A DNA stretch of 64,000 nt from an uncultured Rickettsiales bacterium (GTDB lineage: Bacteria > Myxococcota_A > UBA796 > UBA9615), in contig CAYQEG010000010.1 of assembly GCA_964416435.1 (NCBI GenBank), positions 3,488-67,487 of the forward strand, given 5' to 3'. Of the stretch, positions 36,900 through 46,447 are shown in pieces. How positions within the stretch are numbered: the first letter of the stretch is position 1; every line of letters starts with the position of its first letter. A model generated the notes under the pieces. The model was not told the origin of the DNA and searched no databases. It saw only the letters and a list, made by a program, of their open reading frames with translations. The position numbers and the translations under genes were made by a program.

Positions 36900-37829
36900 T
36901 CAGAACGCCGGCGCCTCCTCGACCCAGACCGTGCGGCCGAAGTTGCCGTCGTTCTCCTCGCACGAGGTCGCGCTGCCGCGCAGCCACAGCGACACGGTGT
37001 GGGGGCCCGTCGCGAGGCCCTCGAAGACCGTCTCGACCGCGATCGCGGTCGAGCCGTAGTTGACGGCCCGCCCTCCGCTGGAGTCGTCGGCGAAGTCGTC
37101 GACCCGCAGCTGGTAGTCACAGAACTGCCCCGCCGTGCCCACCATCGTCACGTGGCTGTTCCAGGTGAGCTGCACGTCCGTCTCGGCGGCCACCTTCACG
37201 AACTCCCCGACGTCCCGCACGTGGATGTACGAGAAGGTCGGCGAGAGGGTCGGGTTGCCGGTGTAGTTGAGGCGGGTCCGAACCGTGACGTTGGCGTCCA
37301 CCTCGGCCTGGAGCAGGCCCAGGTCGGCCGCGAGCGCCCCGAGCGCCGACGCCCCGGCCGCGATGTTCGCGGCGTTGGTGGAGATGTCGCCGGCGTTGGT
37401 GGAGATGTTCGTCGAGTTGGTGTCGATCTCGACGGTGTGGGTGTCGATCGCGGCGGCGTGGGCCGCCAGCCCGCCGATCAGGCTCACGATGGCCGCGTCG
37501 TTTTCGCTGATGGCGCCGTCCAGGGTGTCGATGTCCGACGCGTGGGCGAGCAGGGCGGCGTCCTGAACGGCCTCGGCCTCCTCCAGGGCGGCGATCCGCG
37601 CCTCGAACGCGGCCGGGTCCAGGTCGTCGATCTGGGCGCCCTGGGCGGTCAACTCGGTGCGCGCAGCGGCCAACTCGTCCGCCAGCTCGTCCAGGGCCGC
37701 CTGGACGTCCTCGCTGTCCAGGCCGCTCTCCTCGCCGTCGTAGGCGACGTCAGCCGCCCCGGTCCCCTGGCAGGCGACGAGGGGCAGGGCGAGGAGCCCG
37801 ATCAGCAGGTTGAGGGGGTGCTTGCTCAT
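36900..37829 (-). CDS. Lipoprotein with coiled-coil region and Thr/Asn-rich pseudo-repeats (start taken at internal Met MSKHPLN)
   Basis: Lipobox LPLVACQG; IDTNSTNISTNAGDISTNAANIAAG repeats with matching DNA-level repeats; beta-rich C-terminus. Confidence 0.5.
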   Translation of the reverse strand: MSKHPLNLLIGLLALPLVACQGTGAADVAYDGEESGLDSEDVQAALDELADELAAARTELTAQGAQIDDLDPAAFEARIAALEEAEAVQDAALLAHASDIDTLDGAISENDAAIVSLIGGLAAHAAAIDTHTVEIDTNSTNISTNAGDISTNAANIAAGASALGALAADLGLLQAEVDANVTVRTRLNYTGNPTLSPTFSYIHVRDVGEFVKVAAETDVQLTWNSHVTMVGTAGQFCDYQLRVDDFADDSSGGRAVNYGSTAIAVETVFEGLATGPHTVSLWLRGSATSCEENDGNFGRTVWVEEAPAF

Positions 37830-38010
37830 GACGACCTCCGATGCGGCGCGCTGGCGGAGGCGCACAGCGCCGGGCGATCGAGGTCGCAAGAGCTGTGCCT
37901 TGCAGCGATCGGGCTACTGCGACGCCGCGGTCCGGCGCCGAGGGAGGTCGGGCGTGGAGCGCTGCACACCGGGGCGGGAGGAGGCGCACAGCCCCCCGCC
38001 CCGGAGCGGG

Positions 38011-38772
38011 TCAGCTCCCGGAGAGGATCGCGAGCGCCTCGTCGACCACCTGAGGAGCCCCCGCGAGGGTCGGGACCCGGTCCCAGATGCTGACCGACCG
38101 ACCCTCGAAGTCGACCACCACGCCGCCGGCCCGCTCCACCAGCAGGTAGCCGGCGGCGACGTCCCAGGGGTGGTTGCGAGCGGCGTGGAAGCCGAACCGG
38201 CCCTCGGCGGCCCAGGCCAGGCCGAGGCTCGCGCAGCCCATCGCCCGCACCCCCGCGAACCGATCCGCGGCCAGGAGCAGCGGCACGACCGCGTGGGACA
38301 GGCCGACGGACGCGAGGGCATACGCGGGGGCTCGGGCGCTCACCGACAGCGGCGCCCCGTCGACCGTGGCGGGGCCGTCCGCGGTCGCGTGGAAGAGCCT
38401 CCCGGTGCCCGACTCCAGCAGCCACCCCTCGGCGAGCTCACCCGCCTCCACCCGGCCCAGCGAGATGCCCCACCAGGGCACGCCGGCGGCGAAGTTGTGG
38501 GTGCCGTCGATCGGGTCCAGGACGAACGCGTCTCCCCGCACTGGCGTGCTCGACGGCCGGGCCCCCTCCTCCGAGATCACCGCCACCCCCGGGAAGTGCT
38601 CGGCCAGCCCCCGGGTGACCAGGCGATCGACCCGCAGGTCGCACTCGGTGACCAGGTCCACGCCGCGGCCGGCGCCCTCCTCCCGCTTGTCGTGCAGCTC
38701 GAGCCGGGCCGCGCCGGACCGCTCGGCGACGGCTCGCGAGGCGCGCCGGAGGAGGTCGGGGACCGGGTTCAC
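38011..38772 (-). CDS. suhB: Inositol monophosphatase family protein (SuhB/ImpA-like); GTG start overlapping the hemD stop (GTGA)
   Basis: VLDPIDGTHNFAAGVPWWGISLG and WDVAAGYLLV IMPase motifs. Confidence 0.7.
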   Translation of the reverse strand: MNPVPDLLRRASRAVAERSGAARLELHDKREEGAGRGVDLVTECDLRVDRLVTRGLAEHFPGVAVISEEGARPSSTPVRGDAFVLDPIDGTHNFAAGVPWWGISLGRVEAGELAEGWLLESGTGRLFHATADGPATVDGAPLSVSARAPAYALASVGLSHAVVPLLLAADRFAGVRAMGCASLGLAWAAEGRFGFHAARNHPWDVAAGYLLVERAGGVVVDFEGRSVSIWDRVPTLAGAPQVVDEALAILSGS

Positions 38773-39539
38773 CGCCGGCCCCACCAGGTGGCGACGGCGT
38801 CCACGAGGGCCGCGATGGACGCCTCGGACGCCTCGACGGCGACGCTCAACCCGAGGTCGCGGCACGCCTCCGTCGTCACCGGCCCGATGGAGGCGACCGC
38901 GACGCCGCGCAGCGCATCGGCGATCGGCCGGTCCAGCGCCGCGGCGAGGTGCCGGACCGTCGCGCCGGACGCGAAGGTGATCGCGTGCATGCCCGCGCCG
39001 ACGGCGCGCCGCAGCGGCTGCGGATCCGACGGCGGGGTCGACCGGTAGGCCGTGACGACGTGCACCGAGCTGCCCCGGGACCGCAGCCCGTCGGGGAGCA
39101 CCTCACGCGCCTGCTCGGCTCTCGGGAGCAGCCAGCGGAACCCATCGAGCCGGGCGCCCATCGCCGCGTCCAGCGCGGTCAGCAGCCCCTCGGACAGGAA
39201 GCGCTCGGGCACGACGGAGACGTCGACGCCACGCGCGGCGAGGGCCCGGGCGGTGGGGTCCCCGGTCACGGCCACGACGCGGCCGGAGAACACGCCGGGG
39301 TCGACGCGGGCCAGGGTTCGCTCGACGGCGTTGACCGACGTGAACAGCACGCCGTCCCAGCCGTCAGGCAAGGCGGCGAGGGCCGCGTCCAGCGGCTCGA
39401 AGGACTCGGGATCGACGATCTCCAGGCAATGCAGCTCGACCGGCTCGGCGCCCGCGGCCGCGAGCAGGCGGGCGAGCTTGCTCGCCTGGGCCCGGGACCG
39501 GGTCACCCCCACGCGGGCCCCCGAGAGCGGGCCGGTCAC
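38769..39539 (-). CDS. hemD: Uroporphyrinogen-III synthase
   Basis: HemD-like 256 aa; position immediately after hemC; overlaps the hemC stop. Confidence 0.65.
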   Translation of the reverse strand: MTGPLSGARVGVTRSRAQASKLARLLAAAGAEPVELHCLEIVDPESFEPLDAALAALPDGWDGVLFTSVNAVERTLARVDPGVFSGRVVAVTGDPTARALAARGVDVSVVPERFLSEGLLTALDAAMGARLDGFRWLLPRAEQAREVLPDGLRSRGSSVHVVTAYRSTPPSDPQPLRRAVGAGMHAITFASGATVRHLAAALDRPIADALRGVAVASIGPVTTEACRDLGLSVAVEASEASIAALVDAVATWWGRR

Positions 39540-40492
39540 GCCTGGGAGAGCACGGCTCGGGCGCCTCGATCGACCAGGTCGCGGGCGAGCACCCGCCCCA
39601 GGCGGCGGGCCCCCTGCAGCGTCGCCTCCCCCTTTCGCTCGGCCCTCAGGGCCTGGGCGCCATCGGGGGACAGCACCATCGCCGACAGGCTCAGGGTCGT
39701 GTTGCCGGCCTCCGCCCGGACCGCCAGCGGGATCGAGCAGCCGCCTTCGAGCACGGACAGGACCGTGCGCTCGGCCTCCACCTCGATCCGGGTCGACTTG
39801 TGCTCCAGGGGGCGGACCAGCTCGAGGACGTCGTAGTCACCGGCGCGCCCCTCGATCCCGATCGCCCCCTGCCCCGGCGCAGGCAGCCACGGCGGGTCGA
39901 GCCGAACATCGATCCGGTCGCCCAGCCCGAGGCGGTCGAGCCCGGCGCAGGCGAGCAGGAGCGCGTCGTACTGGCCCTCGTCGAGCTTGCGGAGCCGGGT
40001 CGGCACGTTGCCGCGCACGTCCCTCGTCACCAGGTCCGGCCGCAGCCGGTGGAGCATCGCGCTCCGGCGCAGGCTGCTCGTGCCGACGACGGCCCCTTCG
40101 GGGAGCAGATCGACGCCCCCCCGCGACAGCGGCAGCCGCTGCACGGCCGCCTCGCGGAGCTCCGGCTCGAGCACCAGCGCGTCCCGGGGATCGGCCCGCT
40201 TGGGCACCGCGACGACGCCCAGCCCCTCGGGGAGCTCCGTCGGCAGGTCCTTGAGGGAGTGCACTGCGATGTCGACCGTGCGGTCGTGCAGCGCCTGCTC
40301 CAGTTCGGCCGTGAACAGCCCCTTGCCGCCGACCTCGGGGAGCGGTCGATCGACCACCCGGTCGCCCTTGGTGGAGTAGATCTCGATGTGCACGTCGAGG
40401 GTCGGGTGCAGGGTGCGGAGCATGTCCGCGACGGCGTTGCTCTGCCACAGCGCCAGCTTGCTCCCGCGGGAGCCGATCACGAGCCGGTCCAT
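39536..40492 (-). CDS. hemC: Porphobilinogen deaminase (hydroxymethylbilane synthase)
   Basis: MDRLVIGSRGSKLALWQSN...GGKGLFTAELEQALHD...GTSSLRRSAML...APGQGAIGIEGR; 318 aa; the track ORF is over-extended upstream. Confidence 0.85.
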   Translation of the reverse strand: MDRLVIGSRGSKLALWQSNAVADMLRTLHPTLDVHIEIYSTKGDRVVDRPLPEVGGKGLFTAELEQALHDRTVDIAVHSLKDLPTELPEGLGVVAVPKRADPRDALVLEPELREAAVQRLPLSRGGVDLLPEGAVVGTSSLRRSAMLHRLRPDLVTRDVRGNVPTRLRKLDEGQYDALLLACAGLDRLGLGDRIDVRLDPPWLPAPGQGAIGIEGRAGDYDVLELVRPLEHKSTRIEVEAERTVLSVLEGGCSIPLAVRAEAGNTTLSLSAMVLSPDGAQALRAERKGEATLQGARRLGRVLARDLVDRGARAVLSQA

Positions 40493-41850
40493 CAGGCTCC
40501 TTCGTCGTCGGCCGCCGCGGCAGCGGGGGCGACGGGTTCGTCGTCGGCGAGCTCTCGCACCGACAGCAGGGTCGCCTGGACGCCCAGGAGCGCCGCGGCG
40601 TGGTCGAGCAGATCGATCTCGCCGGTCTCGCCCAGCTCCTTGATCCGCGACATCGGGTGATGCAGGTACCGCTTGGCGATCGCGCCGGCCATGCGCTCCA
40701 GGGCGACCGCGATCTGCTCCTGGGCGTCGCCGGGCAGGCCGTCGAGCACCGGGCGCAGCCCCGCCAGCGTGCGCTCCGCCTCCTGGTGGCCCTCCCGGGC
40801 GACCCGCTGGCCCACCGCGCGGAGCAGCGGGGCGACGTGCACGCGGGCGAGCACCCGCCCGAACGCGTCGGTCTCTTCCTTGACGAGCCCCTCGGCGAGG
40901 GACGCTTCCCGCTGACGCGCCTCCCGGCCGGACTCGACCACCCGCCCCAGATCGTCGATGTCGAACAGGTAGACGGAGTCGAGATCGTTGATCGCCGGGT
41001 CGAGGTTCCGCGGCACCGAGATGTCGATCAGGAGCAGCGGCCGACCCTTGCGCGCGCGCCGCACGCTCTTGACGTCGGCCCGGTTCAGGATCGGCTCCCG
41101 AGCGCCGGTCGAGGCGACGACGATGTCCGCCTTCTTGAGGAACTCGACGCGGCGGCTCCAGGGGAGCACCGACGCGTTGAGGGGGCCCGCCACGTCGGCG
41201 GCCCGCGACATCGTGCGGTTGGCGACGTACAGGTCCCGGCAGCCCCGATCGGAGAAGCCCCTCAGCGCCAACTCCGCCATCTCCCCCGCGCCCAGCAGCA
41301 GGACCGGGTGGCGGTGGAGGTCCTCGAACACGGCCCCCGCCATGTCGACAGCGGCCCGCGCGACCGACAGCGTGGAGGCCCCGATGTCGGTCTCGGTCCG
41401 GACCCGCTTGGCGACGGCGAAGCCCTTGTGGAGCAGTCGATGGAGCACCGGCCCCACCGTGCCGACCTCCGCCGCCACGCGGTACGCCTCCTTGACCTGG
41501 CCGAGGATCTGGGACTCGCCGAGCACCATCGAGTCGAGCGAAGAGCAGACGCGGAAGAGGTGCTGCACCGCCTCGGCGTCGTCGTAGGCGTACAGGTGCT
41601 CGTCGAGGCGGGCGGACGGCAGCCCCGACCAGTCGGAGATCGCCGCCTCGACGATGCCCGGCTCGGCTCGGACCTGGACCGTGAGGACCTCGACGCGGTT
41701 GCACGTCGACACGAGCACGACCTCCCGGATGCCGGGCTGGGCGTGCAGCTCCTGCATCACGGCGGTCATCCGATCGTCCGGCAGCGACAGGCGTTCTCGG
41801 ACTTCGACCGGCGCGACCTTGTAGCTGGTCCCGACGAGCTTGAGCCTCAT
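40492..41850 (-). CDS. hemA: Glutamyl-tRNA reductase
   Basis: MRLKLVGTSYKVAPVEVRE start; GAGEMAELAL NADPH-binding region; ATGA overlap with upstream hemX-like gene. Confidence 0.85.
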   Translation of the reverse strand: MRLKLVGTSYKVAPVEVRERLSLPDDRMTAVMQELHAQPGIREVVLVSTCNRVEVLTVQVRAEPGIVEAAISDWSGLPSARLDEHLYAYDDAEAVQHLFRVCSSLDSMVLGESQILGQVKEAYRVAAEVGTVGPVLHRLLHKGFAVAKRVRTETDIGASTLSVARAAVDMAGAVFEDLHRHPVLLLGAGEMAELALRGFSDRGCRDLYVANRTMSRAADVAGPLNASVLPWSRRVEFLKKADIVVASTGAREPILNRADVKSVRRARKGRPLLLIDISVPRNLDPAINDLDSVYLFDIDDLGRVVESGREARQREASLAEGLVKEETDAFGRVLARVHVAPLLRAVGQRVAREGHQEAERTLAGLRPVLDGLPGDAQEQIAVALERMAGAIAKRYLHHPMSRIKELGETGEIDLLDHAAALLGVQATLLSVRELADDEPVAPAAAAADDEGA

Positions 41851-42689
41851 GCGTGCGCGACTCCAACGACGGAGGCGATGACCCCCGCGAAGCCCACGAT
41901 GGCGATCCAGGCGGCCTTCCGCCCGCCCCATCCCAGGAGCGAGCGCGCCTGCCACGCCAGGGCATACAGCAGCCACAACCCGAGGGTCACCACGACCTTC
42001 GGCCGGAGGTTCACGCCCTCCGCTGCACCATGAATAGCCCACAGGGTGCCCGTGAGAATGCCCATCGTCAGGAACGCGAGCCCCAGCGCGAAGCTCTTGC
42101 GGTTGAGCGAGTCGAGCACCTCGAGGGACGGCATCCGCAGCCCCGCGTCGGTGGACGGCAGGGGGAGCTTCTTCTTCTTCAGCCGGTTGCTCTGGATGAG
42201 GTAGAGCACCCCGCAGCCGAAGGCGAGGGCGAAGAAGCTGAGGCTGGAGTAGTTGGAGAGCGAGTGGAACGGCAGCCAGGTCGACGCCAACTGCTCGGGC
42301 AGGAACGCGGCCGGGTCCTCACCGATCAGCATGCCGCCCAGCGCCAACCCCATCGACACCGGCGCGAGGAACGCGCCGAGCACGCGGACCTTCTCCCGGG
42401 TCAGCCCGGCGACGACCGCAGCGGACGCGGCGAGCCAGGCGATGGTCGCCAACGGGTGGTCCCAGGCGCCGCCGCTCTCCCCGCTGAACGCCCCCAGGGG
42501 CATCCGCCCGAAGTGCGCGACGTGAAGGATCGCGACGACGGTGTGAGCCACCGCGGCGACCAGCAGGACGTAGAAGCCCGCGCGGACCGCGCTCGCCCGA
42601 CCCATGGTCAGGCCGAGGGCGTAGACGACGGTGCTCGCGCCGTAGCCGACCAGCGCGACGAGGAAGAGGACCGCCGCGACGGTGGTCAT
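41847..42689 (-). CDS. CcsA/HemX-like cytochrome c assembly-family membrane protein upstream of hemA
   Basis: 8-TM protein with Trp-rich WAxxxWG-like region; position equivalent to hemX in hemAXCD operons. Confidence 0.55.
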   Translation of the reverse strand: MTTVAAVLFLVALVGYGASTVVYALGLTMGRASAVRAGFYVLLVAAVAHTVVAILHVAHFGRMPLGAFSGESGGAWDHPLATIAWLAASAAVVAGLTREKVRVLGAFLAPVSMGLALGGMLIGEDPAAFLPEQLASTWLPFHSLSNYSSLSFFALAFGCGVLYLIQSNRLKKKKLPLPSTDAGLRMPSLEVLDSLNRKSFALGLAFLTMGILTGTLWAIHGAAEGVNLRPKVVVTLGLWLLYALAWQARSLLGWGGRKAAWIAIVGFAGVIASVVGVAHA

Positions 42690-44704
42690 CTACGTCCCCG
42701 AAGGCGTGAGAAGAGGCCGCCCTTCTTGGGCTCTTCGGCGGCTTCGGCGTCCTCGCCGTCGAGGGGGGGGACGGCGTCGGGCACGCCCTGGCCGCGTCGG
42801 TCCATGAGCCTCAGCTCGCGTGTCGCCTCGACGTGCTCGGGATCGGCCTTGAGCGTGCGCACGAAGTACTTCCGGGCCCCGACGAACTCCTCCTGCAGGA
42901 ACGCGAGGCGGCCGAGGTAGTACCACGCATCGGCGTAGCCTTCGTCCTTGCGGACGATCTTCGACATCTCCGCCATCGCCTGGCGGGGGTTCTCGGGGTC
43001 CAGCCGGAAGCGAGCCCACGCCAACTGCGTCTGCGCGTCGAGGTTGTCCGGGTCGTGGAGCGTCGCGTCCTTGAAGTCCTGCGCCGCGTCGGCGTAGCGC
43101 TTGTGGCGCAGCCGGATGCGTCCCCGGGCCATCGCGACCTTGCCCATCTCCATGTCCGTGGAGTCGAGGTCACCCTCGAGCTGGCCCAGGTACTCCGCGC
43201 GGCGAGGCGGGTCGCGCAGGACGTCGTAGGCGTCCTGGATCCTGGCGAACACCGCGTTGGCGGTCTCCTGCACGCGCGGATGCAGGCCGTACAGCTTGTC
43301 GGGGTGGTACTTGAGCGAACGGGTCCGGAGCGCTTCGCGGATCTTCTTGTCGTCCGCGTCTCGCTTCAGCCCGAGCACCTGGTAGTGGTCCGCGGTCCCG
43401 AGGCGGTGAAGCTCGGTCACGAGCTCGGTGAGCCGCTTGCCGGTGTCGGCGCCCCACGGCCTCCCCGAGAAGTGCAGGAAGCCGATCCGGCGGAGCAGCT
43501 CGACCAGGGCGTGCACGTGGTGGGTTCGAGCGTCGTCGTCCCCCGCGCAGACCCGGACGAGCTGGGCGAGGGTGATCTCGCGGCCCCGGGCCTTCATCAG
43601 CTGGGCCAGCACCTCCTGCTCGACGCCGGACAGCGCCCACGAGCGGATGGTGGCGTCGCTCGGCAACCGGACGACGACCACCGCGTCGGGATCGACGTCC
43701 AGCAGCTCGCGCCCCTCGGCCTCCGAGGCGACCGCCCGGATGAGGAGCGGGATGACGGGCGTGGGGTCGCCGAAGTGGTCCTCGGGGGCGAGGCCGGGGA
43801 TCGCGCGGAGCTCGCCGTCCCAGGCGTCGAGGGCCCTCGAGATCAGGGCGACGGCGGCCTGCTGCTCCAGCCAGCCGGTCTCGTGCATGCCGATCCCGCG
43901 CAGCGCCATCAGCAGCTGGGCCTCCTCCTGGATGTTCTGGAGCGGGACCTCGGGCACGTGCACGCCGTCCAGGCGCCCGTGGGCCGCGGCCGCCGCGACG
44001 AGGTCCCTCCCGGCGGCGGAGCGAGCGAAGGTCAGCTGGCCCAGCTCGAAGTACAGGGCGAGGTCGTCCGCGTCCTCCTGGGCGATCTCGAGGCACCCGG
44101 TCCAGTCGCTCCGGTCGATCCCGCACAGCTGCCTGGCCATCTCGACCTTGGCGAGCGGGCGGGTCCCCGTCGGCGCGTCGACCCGGAGCTCGGCGGCGCT
44201 CTCGGCGGCGAGATCCGCCACCACCTGGACCGCTGCGGCGCGGTCGTCGGGCGGCGCGAGCAAGGTGACCAGCCGAACGAGCTCGCCGGGATCCAGGGGG
44301 GCGACCATCACCGCGCCGAGGTTGAGCTCGACCGGCGCGAGCTCCTTGAGCGCCTCCGGCTTGTGGTAGCTGGACCACGCGATGACCGGCACCGGCGCGG
44401 CGAAGTGGCGGTACTCGTCCCGGATCAGGTCGAGCCCGCTGCCCGACTGCATGTCCGCCGAGATCATCACCAGGTCGGGGTTCCGGGCCCGGATCTCCAG
44501 CTTGAGGCGCTCGGCGTCCACGAGCCGCACGATCTCGTAGCCGAGCATGCCGAGGACCGACTCGACCACGCGGGCGGTTCGATCGTTCGACTCGATGAGC
44601 AGGAGGGTCGGCACGGAGGCCGGGAGGATAGCAGCCAGCCCTGCGCTTGCTCCCCCCAACGTCGGTGTGGTTCGAGGGCTTGACCCGGCCCGGACCGGCA
44701 CCAT
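42686..44704 (-). CDS. Fusion protein: N-terminal response-regulator receiver + central domain + J-domain (DnaJ-like) + TPR repeats
   Basis: Receiver PTLLLIESNDRTARVVESVL...LVMISADMQ; J-domain HYQVLGLKRDADDKKIREALRTRSLKYHPDK; TPR-like C-terminus; start taken at ATG 44704; ATGA overlap with hemX-like start. Confidence 0.6.
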   Translation of the reverse strand: MVPVRAGSSPRTTPTLGGASAGLAAILPASVPTLLLIESNDRTARVVESVLGMLGYEIVRLVDAERLKLEIRARNPDLVMISADMQSGSGLDLIRDEYRHFAAPVPVIAWSSYHKPEALKELAPVELNLGAVMVAPLDPGELVRLVTLLAPPDDRAAAVQVVADLAAESAAELRVDAPTGTRPLAKVEMARQLCGIDRSDWTGCLEIAQEDADDLALYFELGQLTFARSAAGRDLVAAAAAHGRLDGVHVPEVPLQNIQEEAQLLMALRGIGMHETGWLEQQAAVALISRALDAWDGELRAIPGLAPEDHFGDPTPVIPLLIRAVASEAEGRELLDVDPDAVVVVRLPSDATIRSWALSGVEQEVLAQLMKARGREITLAQLVRVCAGDDDARTHHVHALVELLRRIGFLHFSGRPWGADTGKRLTELVTELHRLGTADHYQVLGLKRDADDKKIREALRTRSLKYHPDKLYGLHPRVQETANAVFARIQDAYDVLRDPPRRAEYLGQLEGDLDSTDMEMGKVAMARGRIRLRHKRYADAAQDFKDATLHDPDNLDAQTQLAWARFRLDPENPRQAMAEMSKIVRKDEGYADAWYYLGRLAFLQEEFVGARKYFVRTLKADPEHVEATRELRLMDRRGQGVPDAVPPLDGEDAEAAEEPKKGGLFSRLRGRR

Positions 44705-44707
44705 AAT
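44680..44707 (+). promoter_or_regulatory. Sigma-70-like promoter for trxA: -35 TTGACC, 16-nt spacer, -10 CATAAT
   Basis: Seen directly; AGGAGA RBS 6 nt before the trxA ATG; the -10 overlaps the divergent gene's ATTATG start. Confidence 0.35.
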
Positions 44708-44761
44708 GCGGACCCCACCCCCCAGGGAGCGGCCGGACGCCGCCCCCACCCAGGAGATCAG

Positions 44762-45088
44762 ATGGCCGGCAACGTCCAGGAGTTCAGCGACACCAACTTC
44801 GACGCCGAGGTGCTCGGCAGCGACCAGCCCGTGCTGGTCGACTTCACCGCCGTCTGGTGCGGCCCCTGCAAGAAGCTCTTCCCGCTCGTCGAGGCGGTCG
44901 CGGACGAGTACGCCGGGCGTGTCAAGGTCGGCAAGCTCGACATCGACCACAACCCCAACACGGCCATCAAGTACCACGTCCGGTCCGTGCCGACGCTCGT
45001 GGTGTTCAAGGACGGCAAGCCCGTCAACAAGGTCGTCGGGCTCACGAACAAGCGGAAGATCGCCGCGATGTTCGACAGCGCCCTGTAG
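44762..45088 (+). CDS. trxA: Thioredoxin
   Basis: WCGPCK active site; 108 aa. Confidence 0.9.
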   Translation: MAGNVQEFSDTNFDAEVLGSDQPVLVDFTAVWCGPCKKLFPLVEAVADEYAGRVKVGKLDIDHNPNTAIKYHVRSVPTLVVFKDGKPVNKVVGLTNKRKIAAMFDSAL

Positions 45089-46421
45089 CGCCGACGAGCG
45101 CCAACGCCAGGAGCCAGATCGCCATCCCTGCGGGGGGCTCGCCGTGCTCGCACGTGCAGCCTTCGGCGGGTGGCTCCGTCGCCGGCTCGACCCGCGCCAG
45201 CCCGCACTGGATCTCCGCCGGCGCCGGCCCCACCGACGCCCCCACGATGCCGATCCGGCCTTGGGGGTCGACCGCGCCCGTCAGCCGAAGCTCGACCACG
45301 CCGCCGCCGCTGCCTGACGCCACCTCCCCGCCGGACCCGACGACGTCGATCGCGACGAGGCGGATCTCCGCCACCGCGCCCTCCGGCTCGACCGAGCAGG
45401 CCAGCGCGAGCGGGCGCTCCTCTCCGTCGTTGGGCAGCTCCGCGAACAGGGCCGTGAACGGGGCGTCGACGTGCAGGAACGCCACCTCACCGGCGTCCAC
45501 GGACAGCTCCTCGACGTTCACCTGGGCCGCCTCCAGCACGCACCCGTGGGTCGCCGCGTCGTAGTGGGCGCCGTCGTCCCGGGCGCACGCGAACAGGTTC
45601 CAGAGCGCGTAGGTGCCGAACGCGGCTTCGAACGACTCGCCCAGGTCCGCCCGCGTCGCCGAGTCGAGCGCCGCGGCCCAGTCCGGGTCGTCGGCGAGCG
45701 CGTCCCAGACCGCCCGGACGGTCCCCTCCCCGTCCCCGCGGTCGAACAGGTGCTTGAACAGCAGGAACCCGGCGTACTCGTACCGATCCCCCTCCAGGTG
45801 GATCGCGGCGTCCATGCCGCGCAACCGCTGGTTCCACAGCACGCCGAGGGCGAACTCCAGCGCGCCGCCGGTGTACAGGCGGTACTGCTCGAAGGTGGCG
45901 GTCGCCTCGTAGATCCAGGACTCCGCGGCGTTGGTGTAGGCGTACTGCACGCAGTGATGCAGCTCGTGGGCCGCGACCGAGCGCGCCGTCTCGTCCCCCA
46001 GGGAGGTGTTCCCGGGATCGAGCTCGACGTAGCAGGAGGTCCCGTCGGCCACCGGCACGTGCCAGGCGAACCCGAAGGCGGTGATCTCGCGGAGGTAGAC
46101 GTCGATCTCCGGGGTGCCGCCGCCCCCCTCGTCCGGGAGCACCGTGCGCCAGCCCATCGCCTCGTAGTCGGCGGCGGCGTCGGTCAGCGCTTCGAGCACC
46201 AGGTCGACCCCGTCGGGGATGCCGTCCCCGTCGTCGTCCCCCATGTCGGCGGGGCGGTCGACGCCCTCCTCCGTCCAGTGCACGACGAACTGGCCGTCGT
46301 CGCTGAGCACCGTCTGCTCCGGTCCCGACAGCGAGGGACGCCCCCCCCCGCGAGCCTCGTCCGCGGGGCGGGTGCACGGGGCCAGGGCCAGAGCCGTGGC
46401 CGTCAACAAGGGCAGCAGCAT
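45042..46421 (-). CDS. Secreted HExxH zinc metallopeptidase-like lipoprotein with MYXO-CTERM sorting signal
   Basis: Lipobox LALAPC; AHELHHCVQY; C-terminus GCTCEHGEPPAGMAIWLLALALVGATGRCRTSRR (Cys motif + TM + Arg cluster). Confidence 0.6.
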   Translation of the reverse strand: MLLPLLTATALALAPCTRPADEARGGGRPSLSGPEQTVLSDDGQFVVHWTEEGVDRPADMGDDDGDGIPDGVDLVLEALTDAAADYEAMGWRTVLPDEGGGGTPEIDVYLREITAFGFAWHVPVADGTSCYVELDPGNTSLGDETARSVAAHELHHCVQYAYTNAAESWIYEATATFEQYRLYTGGALEFALGVLWNQRLRGMDAAIHLEGDRYEYAGFLLFKHLFDRGDGEGTVRAVWDALADDPDWAAALDSATRADLGESFEAAFGTYALWNLFACARDDGAHYDAATHGCVLEAAQVNVEELSVDAGEVAFLHVDAPFTALFAELPNDGEERPLALACSVEPEGAVAEIRLVAIDVVGSGGEVASGSGGGVVELRLTGAVDPQGRIGIVGASVGPAPAEIQCGLARVEPATEPPAEGCTCEHGEPPAGMAIWLLALALVGATGRCRTSRRSSACS

Positions 46422-46447
46422 CGGGCCATCGTACGTAAGCTGCCGCG

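Noticed and set aside
45042-45088. 47-nt convergent overlap between the trxA 3' end and the MYXO-CTERM peptidase 3' end, considered as a sign of a mis-called gene
   Set aside because: Both C-termini are well supported: the thioredoxin is full length and the MYXO-CTERM Arg cluster is present. Convergent overlaps of this size occur in compact high-GC genomes, so I kept both calls.
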